64,000 nt of DNA from Camelus dromedarius (GCF_036321535.1 NC_087436.1:16430001-16494000); one strand, 5' to 3'; positions 46,759-61,086 are shown, counted from the stretch's first letter. Program-made: numbers and translations. Notes: generated from the sequence alone by a model not told the origin.

Positions 46759-49236
46759 CTGTCAAAAAAAAAAGGGGTTTAGAGAGATGGATCAGAAATT
46801 ACAGAACCCTCTGCTCTATCCCTGTGTCCCGGAGGACAACATTGTCTGTAGATGTGATGCTGAAGGAACTGAGACAAACCAAACCCTGGCCCAGTGGGTT
46901 TCCACAGCAACAGGACAAGCCAGGGTGATATTTCATTGTAACTAACAAAAAGGAAGGCATCCTGCAAAGCGTCCCTCGAAAGGGCTCGGGGTGCCCTCTC
47001 AGTGTGCTCTGCGCACGCTCCCTCCTTGTGTCTTCAATACTCCCAGCACCTTAAGAGGCTGTGACGCCGTGATGCTGAGAAGGCTTGGGTACGCCACACT
47101 GTGCTGTGGTTCAGCTGGAACCACTTTTTCATTTCAGTAAACACTCAGAAATAAAGACCAGGCAGGCACATAGGGAAATTTGGCATGCTTATGGGACACA
47201 ACCTCTAGCATTACAAACATTTTTAGTTTTTAAACTATTACCAGTGTAAACTGAATTTCATGTTGAAATTCATGAAAAAGAAACTTTCCTCCTCTATGAC
47301 TGGGTACAAAATCGTTCACCAGATGGACATTCTTTATCATCTTGCATTTCAGAACTCAGGACACATACAGTACCGTGGGGCCCACTATTCTCCTTTTAAC
47401 TCTAATCAATTCTCTGAAAACACCACCTGATTATCAGTCCTGGTGAGTGATGTGGTTGGGACAGCATTATAGCCAAATGTTTACTCACAGCATTAAGGAA
47501 CTATTCTCAATACGCCAACTCATGAATCATGAACAACTAATGCTCTATTCTACTTTGCAACATTAAAATCTCTCAGTAATGTCACATTTGTTGATCCTCA
47601 TTAACTGTTATAACGAACTGTTTGGAATTTAAGAAATGCTCTGTAAAATTTGCTAACGGTGTTTCATTTTTTAAGCTAAATGGATCTCTCACTTCAGTTC
47701 TCCTGCCCCATCCCCATTTCCCTCAAAGTCGGAAGAGTCTAAAAATTTACCTCTATTCAGGGACTTTGTGATGCCAATTTCAAGCAACATACACAAAATA
47801 CTCCCCATTGCCAGTGCCCCAAGAACTCTCTCACGCTGGAGCCAAGATAAGGAGTCCACCCGGTGCAGAGACGACACTTCTCTTTTCCATGAAGAGGCAC
47901 AACAGAGAGTCTTCTGGGAAGCCTGGGGAACTCATCCCAGGGCCCCCGGCAGTGGTGCATTTCCAGTATTAAGCAAATATTGCAGCAACATTTTCTCCTC
48001 CAGTATTTATCATCTCGGCTTACTGCATGCTAGTCAACAACGGCTAGCATTCTCCACACACAGTGAAGGTTTTTGTTGGGACATGGGAGCTATTAGCCTT
48101 TGTTTCCCAACCTCTGAGGACGCCTGTAAAAACGTCTTTGAAGGAACAAATCCACTTTTTGAACTAAACCAACCTCAGAAGCAAAACAGTGCACAAAAAA
48201 ATCCTTACAAATGTTCTCTTTCTTATGCAACCCATATGCTATCTGCTTCTAATATGTAAAAAATGCTCTCTAGATTACATTTTCCAGGAGTTATTTCTAA
48301 ATACGATATGAACATCACTTTTGTCTCAAACTGCAGTGGACTTACATTATTCAGTCATCTGCCATTATTTATGTTAAGTGATTCATGATTCTAACTCCAA
48401 ATAATTTACACATGAATCATTTCATGGCGGTGTTCCAGGGTTTCGTGTGAGAGTAAATGACAAAGAAACGGCTCACTTGGCATCGGAAACCGCCCGATCC
48501 TCGGCCACGGTGGTTTTTAATGTACAAGAGAGAGACAGACAGACAGGACCAGAGAGAAATGGATTTGGGGAATAAACAACTCTCCTAAACCAAACGAAGC
48601 ATCCTGTCTCCACCCTTCCCAGCCCCGCAGAACAGTCCTTCCCCACTGTGTCCTCTGTCTCATTGAGTGAAGCTGGCTGCCCAGAGCAGACGGATTTGCA
48701 CCCTGGCCCTCGATCCTGCATCCTCCTGCATAGCCAGCCAGTCGCCAGCCCCTGCCAGGACTGCCTGCTCAATAGCCTACATCCATTCCCTCTTCTCTGT
48801 CCCTTTCACACATCTCTCACCCAGCCCTCCAGGCACTGGCACAGGCAGTTCTGTCTGGAACTTTCTTCCCCTACTTCTTAGTGAACTCCTATTTATTCCT
48901 CAGGATCACATGGGATCTCACCTCCTCCAGGTAGCCCGCCCCTGCTCCACCACAGCTGCTCAACCCTCTAATTTGTTCTCACTGCCCCCTGAGCTTGCTC
49001 CAACCACCGCTCTCACCCTGCTGCCGTGGAGGTTTTGGTTTACCTCGCTCTCTCACACTAGCACAGCTCGTTCTGAGGTGCTTGAGTAGGTGAATGCATA
49101 AACACATCACGCACTGCTCTTGGTCACAGTGGCTTTACAGCTGGTATCTATATTGTGGAGTGAGTACCACTGAGGATAATACAGTAAGGGAGATCGGAGA
49201 TTCAAGTCACTGTACGTCACTTCGGTGGTAGACGAA

Positions 49237-49688
49237 TGTGGTGGGTTGAATAATAGCCATGTGACATTATGAACTCCTAATGCCTGGAACTGGTAACTAT
49301 ATTTGGAAAGAAGAAAATGTCTTTGGAGATGTGATTAACGATTCTGCAACAAAGAGGTAGCTGTGGATTATCTGGGTGCCACCACAGCTGTCTTTATGAG
49401 ACAGAGGCAGAGGGAGACTTCACACACAGAAGAGGAAAAATAAACACACGGAAGAGAAGGCTATGTGAAGATGGAAACAGAGTTTGGGGTGATGTGGCCA
49501 CAAGCACAGGGAATACTGTCAACCACCAGAAGCTAATTAGAGTCAAGGAACAGATTCTTTCCTAAAGCCTTCAGAGGAGGGCTGTGGATTTCAGACTCTC
49601 AGTCCCCAGAACTGCGAGAAAATAAGTTTCCGCTGCAAGCCACCAAGTATGTGGTAACTTTTTCCAACAGCCTCAGGAAACTCATACA
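49237..49688 (+). mobile_element. MaLR MLT1-type solo LTR relic
   Basis: Starts tgtggtgggttgaataat, contains gtgatgtggccacaagc...caaccaccagaagct, ends aagccaccaagtatgtggtaac...cagcctcaggaaactcataca. Confidence 0.75.
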
Positions 49689-50714
49689 ATATACATTTAG
49701 ATTTACATCCTCCTGTAACATGTGGATAACGGACCTGGACCTGGGGGAAGAGAAGGAAGGGCCACTTCTAAGCACCACAATGGAAAGCTCAGGGCTTATG
49801 GGAATTCAATGAATATTTATTTAGAATGAATATGGTTTAGTAAATTAGACATGGAAGAATTCTTAAACTTACAAACACCACAGCCTTCTCAAAAGCCTCC
49901 ATAAATACGGCCCCAAGGTGAATTTTGCCAAAAATCTACTCAGAAGAGCCCAACGTGCTTCTGGGCCTCTGCTCAGGCTGCGCTGGCTGCCTGGGAGGCT
50001 TTTCTGTCATCACTGTTCGAAACCTACCCGCTGCTCAGGTCCAGCTCAAGTGCATCTGCTCTGAGGCATCTCCACCGATCACCCACTTCTCTCTCCTCTG
50101 CTTCCCCTGAACTCCCACAACACTCTTTGCAGAACTGGTATTAATTTACATGTTAAATTACCTTCTTCCTAGCACAGTATCTTGCACACACAACAGATGT
50201 TAGGTAAGTGAGTGAATTAATCTAATAATGCTCATATATATTACAGAAAAGCAAACGGAAGGCCAAGGGTCAAGAATTTTCCCCCCAGGTTCTTATTACA
50301 CGAACGAATGCATAAACTGAACTTGGAAAGGGAATGTGTAGACTGGCTGTACAACCAACTAGCCCCAAATTCCAATCACGACTCTGCCTCTGTGTGACTT
50401 TTGGGAAGCTATTCAATCTGAATCTGTTTCTTTCTCTGCAAAATTGGTACATCTGTTTTTCAAGTTATTAAAGGTAATATGCAAAGTTGCTACATGTCCA
50501 GGCCTGGACAGATAACACATTTTAATAAATGGCAGATACTATTTTTAGCATTATTACTTTTCCGTGTACAACCCGCAAAGCAAAGGTGACAAACAATACC
50601 CCACAAGAGTGGCTGAATGCCTTTCCCCAGATTTTTGCTTAAAAAAAAAATTCTCTATATCATTTTTTTCTAAATATAAAATTTAGTGGGAAAATCTACT
50701 CCTTTGAAACAAAT

Positions 50715-50920
50715 CAAGTACGGGATTAACATACCCAAACTACTATACATAAAATAGATAAGCAATAAGGATTTACTTTACAGCATGGGGAATTATATTC
50801 AACATCTTGTCATAACCTAAAAATAAAATATAATCTGAAAAAAATAACTGAATCACTTTGCTGTACACCTGAAACTAAGACAATATTGTAAATCAACCAT
50901 ACTTCAATTACAAAAAGTTT
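50715..50920 (+). mobile_element. Short LINE-1 3'-end fragment (artiodactyl type)
   Basis: actactatacataaaatagata...gctgtacacctgaaactaa..caatattgtaaatcaaccatacttcaat; similar to the copy at 61.35 kb. Confidence 0.75.
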
Positions 50921-51699
50921 TAAAATTACTTTATATAGTCAGTGTAGAAATAGCTGTTCAAATAAGTAAAATGTAAGAATGGAAACAAGAATATCATCCT
51001 GAATTATAAAAAATACAATGACATTCAATAACAAGGAAAAACAAGTTCCAAATGTTTGAAGTGACCTATTCACTCGCCTCAGTACTTAGTGTACCAGACT
51101 GAATTTTTCTGCATAAAGATCTTATTTTTTTTCTAACTACTGAAACAGTTGCTTAAATTTCAATCAGGTAAGCAATATCTCTACCATAGCAATTATTTTA
51201 AAACTTTTTTGAAAAAATACTTTAATGCAGCTGTTTAGACCTTGGCTTCCCCGAATTATGATACATTCTGCTTAAACATCAGATACAAAAAGTAACACCT
51301 ACTTACATATGGAGAAAGGCTTTGCAGTTAAAAATTTAATAATATGGTTAGCACAGTAAGTTAAAACACATAGAATTATTTAAAGAAAATTAAATTTAGA
51401 AAAACCTTATTCAAAGAAAAGAGGGGGAGCTTTTTGTACAGACTGCTTCACTACCTGTCACAGCATAGTAAAAAAAAAAAAAAAAAAGCGTCTGACAAAT
51501 TTGCCTCTTGGACTGTTCCATTCTGGGGCTCTGAGAAGATTTTTCTGAAACTTTACCATAATATTTTAAGTTTTCTGTTAAAAATACACAGTTTAGTAGA
51601 TGTGTGGAAGAAAAGCTTTAGGAGTTCCATAAATATAAAATCACTACTATCACATCAAATCCTACTATTTATATCATTCTGAATTCCTTTGGCATATTA

Positions 51700-52225
51700 A
51701 TAATATTAACAGTTAACATGTGCTAAATTCTTATTATATACCAGTACTTTTCTACATGTTTTCTATAGCTTAATTCAATTAACATGCATAACACCCTTAT
51801 GTCTTAGGTATCATTAATAACTGCATTTTACAGGAAGAAACAGAAGCACAGAGGGGTTATGTAATTTTTCCAAGGTCACACAGCAAAAAGAAGCAGAGCC
51901 CAGATTACACTTTATACAATCTGGCTCTAGAGCAGTACTGTTCAACAGAAATATAATGTGATCCACAAACGTAAATATGAATTTTCTAACAGCCATGCTA
52001 AAAAAAATATAAAAAGCAGATAAAGTCATAAAGCTTACTTAGCCCAATATGTCCAAAATAGTATCACTTCAACATGTAATCAAATATGAAAAATATTAAT
52101 GAGGTATTGTTTGTTCTTTTACCATTAAATCTTCAACATCTGCTTTGTGTTTCAACTCAGACTGGCCACCTTTCAAGTGCCTGGCACCTCGCATGCTAGG
52201 AGCCCAGTGGCAGACTGTGAGGTCT
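51700..52225. mobile_element. MIR relic followed by a MER3-like hAT relic
   Basis: cattttacaggaagaaacagaagcacagaggggttatgtaatttttccaaggtcacacagc (MIR core), then cagtactgttcaacagaaatataatgtg (MER3-like). Confidence 0.6.
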
Positions 52226-52291
52226 AAAGCCTGCTCTCTGAACTGCAACGCTACCTACCAGAAAGGAATCTAAAAAGGTCTTTGTCGTCCC

Positions 52292-52900
52292 TGTTATGAA
52301 ATACTTATCTTTTTGAACATACTTAAAATATCAGTAAAAATCTAGCAGCATTCCGTCATTTGATCTCTTCCCAGCCCCATCTTGACACTGGGACACAGAG
52401 TAAAGTTCATCCATCTGGGGAGACAGTCCCTGGTGTTCCTGCACACCCTGCATCAGCTGTTGTTTCAAGCTCTCTTGGAGGATGTCTGTATAGCAAACAC
52501 CCTTGGAACGCAGAGACAGGGTCTCCCTCGGGGCGGAGGGCAGATTTGTTTCCTGAACATGATAGTAAGAATAATGTTCTTCTCTGGGGTAGGTTTGCTA
52601 GTGTCCTCCTCATAAGATTGGGGGGTTCCTAAGCTTGGGGATCGCCTGCTGTGACAAAAGCCTACTGTGTGACAGCATCCAGTGGGGCCTCTTCGCATCA
52701 CTTCTGTGGACCTTTGGAATTAAGGAGAACCAGAGCAAGCATGGGGCTAGCTCCTGTTTCCAGCTACACTATGAGTAATAAGGTTTTTTTTTTGTCTCTG
52801 ACCCAGGAAACTGCGTCTTCTGCCACATCCACAAACCGGGTAGGCTAATTTGTCAGTTTGAAAGTAGGGTCCAGTCTCAGACCTCTCAAAGTCCTCGACA
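52292..52900 (+). mobile_element. Old ERV1 solo LTR (MER34/MER39-like), antisense to DCLK2
   Basis: TG start; 3' end aataag...tttgtctctgacccagga...gtcttctgcca...ggctaatttgtcagtttgaaagtaggg...tctcagacc...cgaca resembles the MER34-family U5 as I remember it. Confidence 0.6.
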
Positions 52901-53181
52901 TAGCTTTTGTGTGTTGCTGACTTTTAAAATAGGCATCTCCTGGAGAAGAGAACTTGTATTTTTCCTTCATTAGGACAAAGATAAAATCAATTTACTGTTT
53001 AAGGATTTACCCCCTGAAAAATAGCAGGGGGTAAAAAAAGCTTGATAAATGTTTCCCACACTGTAATCAGCAGTCTGTTCCTGTTACAATCTCGTCAAAT
53101 CACCACTTAAATTCCTTCACCACAGCAAACATCTCCAAGTCTTTTTCAGTTTCTTTTACAAAACAGTTATGTATACTATAC

Positions 53182-53239
53182 CTTTCCACAACATTTGGCT
53201 TTGTCTATAATCTTTAGGGCAAACTCCTTTCCAGTGGAC
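53182..53239 (-). CDS. DCLK2: DCLK2 exon (STGKEFALKIIDKAKCCGK), catalytic Lys (ALK)
   Basis: tcattccacag|G TCC...AAG|gtatag, 58 nt, phase 2-0. Confidence 0.96.
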
Positions 53240-54866
53240 CTGTGGAATGATCAGAGGAAGGCCGTTTTAAAGACATGAATCAAAGACACCAACCTTCCTG
53301 GTTTCCTCTACAGCACAGACTCGGGGAAGAAAGGCTGCCTTCCTCCTCTGTACATCAGACATGATGCTGACTGGGGTCAGGGAGAAAAATACCCAAAAAA
53401 GATTTTTAAAAAACCCACAAAGCCATGCTGTCAACCTCCTTTTATAAATATTAATCATATTTTAAAGCAACTCACATACTTAAAGTATTTAAACTCTGTT
53501 GTATCAGAGCTGGACAAGAAGCTATTTTTCCATACTTAAATCTCAAAAATAGTTCTCTTAAAAGACAGAATAAAATTAAGAAAAATGAGCCAAGGTCACG
53601 GACATTTTCATTTTTCAATGTCTTTACATGAATCCATTAGTCACGAAGTAGCCCATAATTCAAAACTGAAAAGTCCCTAGATTTTCATCTATTTCCCAGC
53701 CAAAACTCCAGTGAGGATCTGGTACCATCTCATCCACACCTTTAAACACCTGTATCTGGTACTGGAGACATCATTTACTTGGACATGAGAATCTTGATAT
53801 TGTTGTTTAACTTTTAATCACCTTTAACATAATTTAATCTGAATATGTCAAAAATACATCCTTTAGAATAGGAAAGCAGTTCATGAAAGAACACGGTGGT
53901 TTTCTTGCAATACGTTAGCTCTCTCACTTGCTAGCTGCTTTCGCCAGGTGGTCACAGCACACGCCGATGAGGCTTACCTTGGACGAATAACTTTCATTTA
54001 AATTGCTTTCCCATAATATAAACCAAACACTGCCTCGGATTTCTAACAAGTCTTTAGAAGTCATACTTACACCCTTGTTACCTGGGTGGCAATCTATGTA
54101 CCAGAGCTAAACAGAAGGGCTTAGAGAACACGGAGCTACTCTGTGCAGCGCACAGGCAGCGGTAAAGCTTCCCTGGTGATGCAGCAAAACACAAAAAACT
54201 GTAGTTTTTTTTTTTCACCAGAATTTTCCAGAAAATTCCCCACTGACAATAAAAATTACCACTTAGAACAGTGAGGCTAGCAGCCTAAACACACAAAGAC
54301 TCTCATCTCAGTCTTTTTTCAGTTTTAATACTGTTTACAAAAGGTCCGGAATGTAAAAGAATGGATTTCTTACCATTTGAGGATTTAGGACCTTAAACAA
54401 AATAAAACTGGGCAAGCAAAAATGTAATTTTAATATTGGCAAAAGTTGGCTGATTCTGATCTTATAAAGACAGAGCTCATGTATCCTGAACTAGTGATGA
54501 TATGTAGTTAATTATCAGCTGAGAGGGCGGTTAGGGGGATTAAATGAATTAATACAAGTACAGCACTGAGACCAGAGCCTGAGCTGCACAGCTAAGTGCT
54601 ACAGGAGATTTTTTTAAAAATGAATCTTATTCTTTCCCATTTTTCTCTAGCATATGGATGAGACTTGATATACCTCTCAAAGCACAAGGCAGGTTTATAC
54701 TCTATATGTATGCATATATTTTTCCCTGTTAAGTTTCTTGTGGGGATGCAAAATTACTGGTCCCAAGTATACACTCTTTCAGAAGGCCTTTTATTCACTC
54801 AGAATAAACTCCCAGGGAGGAATGTACGTGTTGGTGAACAAATGGTTATCCTCACTATCCACGCAC

Positions 54867-54975
54867 CTGTCCATGCACTCTTTGACTACTGCAAAATTGC
54901 CGTCACCAATAACCTTCCCAATTTTGTATTTCTCCAGAAGAGTCGACGATTCAGAGCACCTGTTTCCATTCACAC
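54867..54975 (-). CDS. DCLK2: DCLK2 exon (VNGNRCSESSTLLEKYKIGKVIGDGNFAVVKECMDR), Gly-rich loop
   Basis: ccttttttgcag|GT GTG...AG|gtgcgt, 109 nt, phase 1-2. Confidence 0.96.
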
Positions 54976-55794
54976 CTGCAAAAAAGGATAAATGCAAAGT
55001 CTAATGAACACATCAACATTTCATCCTGATTCCTACATATTTGTAAAATAATAAATCACAACACATTTATTTCTAAATCTATGGTAAAACTAAGGAAAAT
55101 CTGAGTGTATTTTCTGAATAGAACACCTAAATCATCAATTTCCTTTTGCCTTGTTGGTTGGAATCAGAAACCAACATAGTCAATAAACCTAAAAAATCCT
55201 GAAATATCAGCTGAAAAGTAAGTGATTAGCTTTGGGTAAAAGGGAAGTCTAACTAAAACTTTGTAAACTTTTTTGTCAACTCTGGGGAAAGGGGAAGGGG
55301 ACGATGGTGGGGACTTAATCTTAGAAATTTTCTCCTCAAGATTTTCTAGTAAAGAAAACTCTGGCCAGTTAAGATGCTTTGTTAAGGCTGATTCCTGGCT
55401 CAAAGTCTTCTCAAAAAAGAGGAGGAAGTAGTTAAGACTAACTACTTTTCACAATGTATCTCCAGTGCCCAGAACACAGCAGACATCACAGAAACCCATT
55501 TATTAGTTATCTAAGAAAAAACACAGTCTACATTTAGGAATCATGAGCAGATTGCCACTAAGGAAAAATAAAGGAAACCCAAGACTAAGATTTGAAATTG
55601 GGATAGTTTCATTAACAGTGAGATTCTGTGTATCTTGATGTGACCCCTGCCCACTGAGGCTAAACAGACGAACTAGTGACATGATCACATCCCTGTTTAG
55701 GGAGATCGTAATTTAGCACAAGTGGATTTTGGGTGGCCGCCAAGTTCACGTGAATGGCTTCCTTTATAAAAGTAATCATCAGGTTGAGAACTAC

Positions 55795-55870
55795 CTTCAG
55801 GACTCATGCAACGATCAAGTTCAGGTCCACCATTTACATTGGAAGAAGATCTGCCATGTGCAGACGTCTG
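55795..55870 (-). CDS. DCLK2: DCLK2 exon (QTSAHGRSSSNVNGGPELDRCMSPEG), linker before the kinase domain; most 5' DCLK2 exon found in the window
   Basis: ctctcttcttcag|CAG ACG...G|gtagtt, 76 nt, phase 0-1; the doublecortin-domain exons lie beyond the window end. Confidence 0.94.
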
Positions 55871-58800
55871 CTGAAGAAGAGAGCGCACGTTACTTATCAG
55901 GATACGCTTACACATCTCTAGCTAGTTAATCCTTAGAGGAGAGAAAGTGCTGTCCGACTGTACAAATATAATGACACAGACACAGAGGAGCGCCCCCTTG
56001 CTTCTCAGCTCACCTCTCTCCCACATACAACCCCGTCAATACAGTTCTTCCTTAGACACAGTGTTTTCCATTAGTATTAGTAGCAGAACTGACAGAGTGC
56101 TACTCTTCCTTGATGCTGTGTTACTTCTGATCTCAATAAGGAGACCCACGGCACAATCAATGCACAAAGTAGTTATGGCGGCACAGTAGGGTTAGGACTG
56201 TAGGGATTTCCAAGAATGTCAGCGCTGAGCCCCCAGATCCAGCAGCCTCCCCTGTGCTGAGCACTGGGGTCCCTGCTGAGGGCGAGTTCCTCCCAGCCAC
56301 ACGTCCAGGACTGCATCACCTGCACACCCTCCTGTGGATTCAGGATCCAGAGAGCAGCCCTGGCTCAACAAACTTCTCTACCCACCAAGAGAGTGGGAAT
56401 GACTCTTGAGCATCATAAGGAATTTTTCTTTTTACTAGGAACCAGAGGGAAACAAAAGATAAAACTAAGAGGTAGGTTTCAGCTTAACAAAAAGCTGAAG
56501 TTCCCAGTCTAACAGAGAAATATTTCTACTTCTTAGGTGAACTGAAAAACTCACATTATGAACATTGTTCATACATTTACTTTTATTTATTCTATTTTAT
56601 TTATTATTCTGTAGGCTTATGAAATCTTTTCTTCATTTCCAAGGGCTATTACACTTTCAAACTCAATCTTTTCCCTTTCATCTTTAATTTTCCTTCTTCA
56701 TTTTTTTTTTAAACTATTCCTTTCAGGAGTTTACAAGGTCAAAGGACTTACTGAACACTGAGACGCATCTTTGACATTTCTGTGTGTGAGTGTGTTTTCA
56801 TGCTCACCTCTCTGCCTGAGCTATCCTGGTAGCTTCTGCCTCACAGTGGCTGTGCCTTGCTCATCCCTGCATCCCTGAGTGTAGCACGGAGCCTGGTGCA
56901 CAAGTTCCTAATTCAGACTTGCTCAATGAAAGCATCAAGGACACAGCCTCTCCAGGGCAGGGACCCACCCTTCCCACAGGGCCCACAAGTTGGAGACACT
57001 GAGTCCACTCCCTTCCTCTGGCTAAAGCAGAGAACCTCACAGGTGCTGAGTTTGGTACAATCCAGGAGAGCCCAATCCTTATAAAAATTCCTTCCAACAG
57101 GATCATCCAGAAGCTGTTCTGGGGTAAAATATCAGTCTCAAGAACAAAAGGCATGTAAAAATTAGGCTGTTTTCTCAGATCCCATGTAACCACACCTGTG
57201 TGGACAGTAAAAGAAGCAGCAACATGTCCTTTAAGGAAACCCAGGGCTGAGGAAAAGCAGCGCTGAGACCCACTTATGAGCCCCTGTCCTGAGTGGCAAA
57301 CACGCCTCTTGTAAGTGTCTGTCTCCTGCACTCTGACGCGTGTGTAGTTGTGCGGGAATGTGGGTGTGCGTGTGTGCCCCTTTCTAGCCACGCTTAGCCT
57401 GATGAAAACGCCGGTGTTCAGCCGGCCTCTCAGGGTTCAATCAGTTTCCTCAAGCTACAAGGTGGCCAACCAAAGGTTTTCAAAATTTAGCTTTTTTGCT
57501 GGTTTTGTTCTCTCTCTCTCTCTTTTTTTTTTTTGCCACTGAAATTGAAGGCAACTTCAAAACCAGCAGGAATTTATGCTAGAATGTTTTTAAAAGCAAG
57601 GCTTTCAAAACTGCGGCCCAGAGAGGGGACACGAAGGGAAGGTGAAAGGAAAACCACGACATTCTCTGCTCCGTTCGTCCGGGTCCTCCTCAGTGTGCAC
57701 CCCCATCCGAGGCTCCTTACCTACGGCCTCTCCCATTCTATGATTATTGCCAGAGAAACATTTCCAAACGACAGTTCTGGCATCACCCCTAGGATCCCAA
57801 AACCTCACTGCATCTTGGTTACCAGCAGAATAACCCCACTGTCTCCAGCACGGCAGCCAGGCCATGGTTTATCCTCCTACTCACCTGCCCAATTTGTTTG
57901 TCACCTTTTTTTTTCCACCTATTTTATACTTATACTAACTCCAATAATCTTTTTTTTTTTTTTAACGTTGCTAAAACTTTCCAAGTCTTAATTTTCTGCT
58001 CTGAATAGAGAGACAGTAGCAGCACCTAGCTCAAAGATTTCTAGAGAATTAAAATTAGCTCATGCATGTACAATCATTTAGCACAGTCACTGACATGTAA
58101 CACTAACACAATATTAGTTATTCCTATCTTTCCTTAAAACATCTAGCATAGGGCCTTGAAAGAAGCGGCTGAGAAATGTTTTTGAATTTTTGAATGCACA
58201 ATGGCTTTATGAGATCTTTTGCTCAATAATTCATTCCAAGTCTGTTCCTCTTCTAATCCCACCCTTCCTAGATTGAAAATTGTCACCCAAGGGAGTAAAA
58301 GATCCAAATTACATTCATATCAACCAAATTCTTAATGGAATAAAGAAGAATGTATTTTGGGGGGAAATTATATTTGAAAAGATAAATGGAAAAATCATAG
58401 CTTATGGGGATGAGAGGGGATGGGAGAGGGGGTGGTCAATGCCTGGGAGCAACAGTGGCCGGTGAACGGCTTACCTGCACGTCTAAATCCACAGCCCAGC
58501 ACAGGGCAGCCCCCCACCCTGGGACACTGCTGGCTGGGTTCCGCCCGGGCACTGGGCGGGAACCATCTTCCTTCCCGACACTCAGAGCCCGGGAAGTATG
58601 CGGTGTGCACAACCCACAGCCACTGCTGAGGTCCGGGGACCTGCCTTTGTCCCCACCGCCAACACCCACGTGCTTGCTCTGCTCTCCTGGAAGCAGGTAA
58701 CATTTCTCTAACAACTAGGGTAAGCCAGTTAGCGGGTGTGTTCTGACTCGACGGCTAAGAAGGAAGCCTTGGAAGGGCCGACTGCAGGCACTTTTACCTC

Positions 58801-60871
58801 CTTGTCCATTTTCACACGGATGGGTGACTCCTCGGAGTGTTTATTGAGTTCCTGTCAACCACTGTAACTCTCCTGGTGTTTCTTTTGATTAAACCCCCCA
58901 CTCCCACCTATCCTGAGTCCCTGTACAGTCCAGCAATTACAAATCTGGTTTGTTCTGGGATTCAGAGGTGGCGAGGAGCCAGGAAAGAGAGCAGGAGACA
59001 GAGCAGGTGGTGGGGGCTGGCTCTCTAGTGACTGAAAGAGAACGGCGACTGGATTAGAGCCTTGGCCTCAGAGGCGGCCTCGTGGAGAGGGTGAGGGCGC
59101 AGGCCCGAGTCAAAGGCTACTTTCACTTGTACCTGACGAAGGCATCGCTAAATCATCAAGAAACGCGGCTTTCTTAGCAAATAATGACGGCCAAGAAGAG
59201 CGTTTTTCCATACTCTCAAATGGAATGATTTAAGCTTTAAACCCCAAGCATTTAAGAACATATATACACACACAGAGTAAAGGAGTGACATATCTGGTGA
59301 CCTATCCAAATATGTTCCTTTATTTTAAAAAAAGCTTTCACGAAGAAAATGAAAACATGAAAAAATTAGGGAATCACAATAAACACAGCTCAAGAGACAG
59401 AATGTGATTAGACACAGGGACAGTTTTCCTTTCCTCTCTTAGCAATAATCCGTGCTGGATTTTTAAAGGATACAAAGATCCACTGCTGCCTGGAAGTTTA
59501 CAGTCTTTTGAAGCAGCATGTGTGTACTCTTAAAATCCTTCCAAGAAACCTCGGCATTTCAGGATACGGTTTCCAAGGTTCTGGTGGTTACAAATGACCA
59601 AGAAGCTGGTGAGAGGGACCACTTTGCTAAGGCACAGACACACACTTGGCTCAGTGAATCACACATCTAGCGATTAAGTTCATGTGACCTCCTGGCAATG
59701 AAGCCTGGTGCTCCGAGAATCCACGGAAAGCTGGGTATTCACCAAGAGCTCTGCACAGATCCCTGGCAAATATTAAAATTGTCAAATATAAAGCAAAGCA
59801 CCCTGGGTGCCCCAAGAGACATGCAGAAAAAGAACAAGGGAAACACGCAGTGGAAGCTACGATTGCAAAATCCTCACCATTCACCAGGTAGAATTTATGG
59901 ATTGCCCTGCTCCCTATAAGAGAATTAGTGTCTTACTGAAGCGAGGAGAGGTTAAAATATGGCATCCCTGATGAAACCCGTGCCACTTCCATTGTCAAAG
60001 TAAAATTTTGTATTAAAATCTCTTAAAATGCTAACGAGTGTTTGTGCTTCTGTCAGCAGCCAGGATGCTGAGACAGCACGGAGACAGGGCCCGATGCCAC
60101 ATGTTAGCCAGACGCTCCTCAGTGAAGTGCACACGGATGGCAGCACCTGGGCTCCTTCAAGACATCTTCCATAATTGCTAACTGGTTCCAAAAGGTGCAA
60201 TTATGTTTAGGAGTAGGGAGAGGAGGGGACATATTTCCTGATGAGGTCCTGATGGGTGATGGAAAAGACTGAAGATTCTGCCAAGCACATTCTGTGCCTG
60301 CACCGCCGCCCCACCCACCTGCTCTCTGGCAGCAGCAGTTCCACTTTTATGAGTAAGCAAGGAAGGAAAATGTACAGGAATCTGCTTCTAAGAACTTTTT
60401 TAAAAAGACTTGAAAACACAGCAGAAAAAGCTATAAAGTGCCCTCAACTGCTAGCATCACTGAAGAGGGCATTCGTGGCTGACTGAGCACATCTGATCAT
60501 CAGTAACATGCCAGATTTCCTTTTTTTTTTTTTAGCAAGGAAATAAAGTCAGAGTGTCCTACATTAAATTTCTTTGATAAGTGGATTGTTAACTATTTCT
60601 ACAGAACTTGAAATTTAAAGAGAAGTGTTAAGTGGGGTACTAAAAATACAAAGTTTTATTCAGAAATAGGCAATTCTCAAAAAAAAATAGCAAAAATGGT
60701 TCCATCAATGCATTATCTCATGCTACTCTTGAGTATAATGCTGGACATACTCCATTCTGGTTTTTCATAAAAGGAAGCACTTGAACAGAATCCAGCAGAT
60801 ATACTTGCGGGGTGAGTTGACTTTCTCAAAGTATCTTGGAAAACGGCACTCCATTTTTAAGTGGCCTACTG

Positions 60872-61086
60872 CAGGGGTCAGAGACATTTTCTGTAAAGGG
60901 CCAGAGAGTAGCAGTTTAGTGTTTGTGGGTCATCTGGTCTCCGTCACAGCCACTCAGCTCTGCTGCTGTAGCTTGAAAGCAGCCAGAGGCCAAACAGAAA
61001 CAAATGAGCATGGCTGTGTTCCAATAAAACTTTATTTAGAAAAGCAGGCAATGGGCCAAATTTGGGCACAAGCAAATAAACCTCTG
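60872..61086. mobile_element. hAT-Charlie MER58A-like DNA transposon relic
   Basis: caggggtc..acattttctgtaaagggccaga...actcagctctgctgctgtagc..gaaagcagcca...ggctgtgttccaataaaactttattta. Confidence 0.75.

Noticed and set aside
53965..53985. Strong minus-strand donor AAG|GTAAGC inside a DCLK2 intron
   Set aside because: No convincing partner acceptor or coding frame was identified; such motifs occur by chance.
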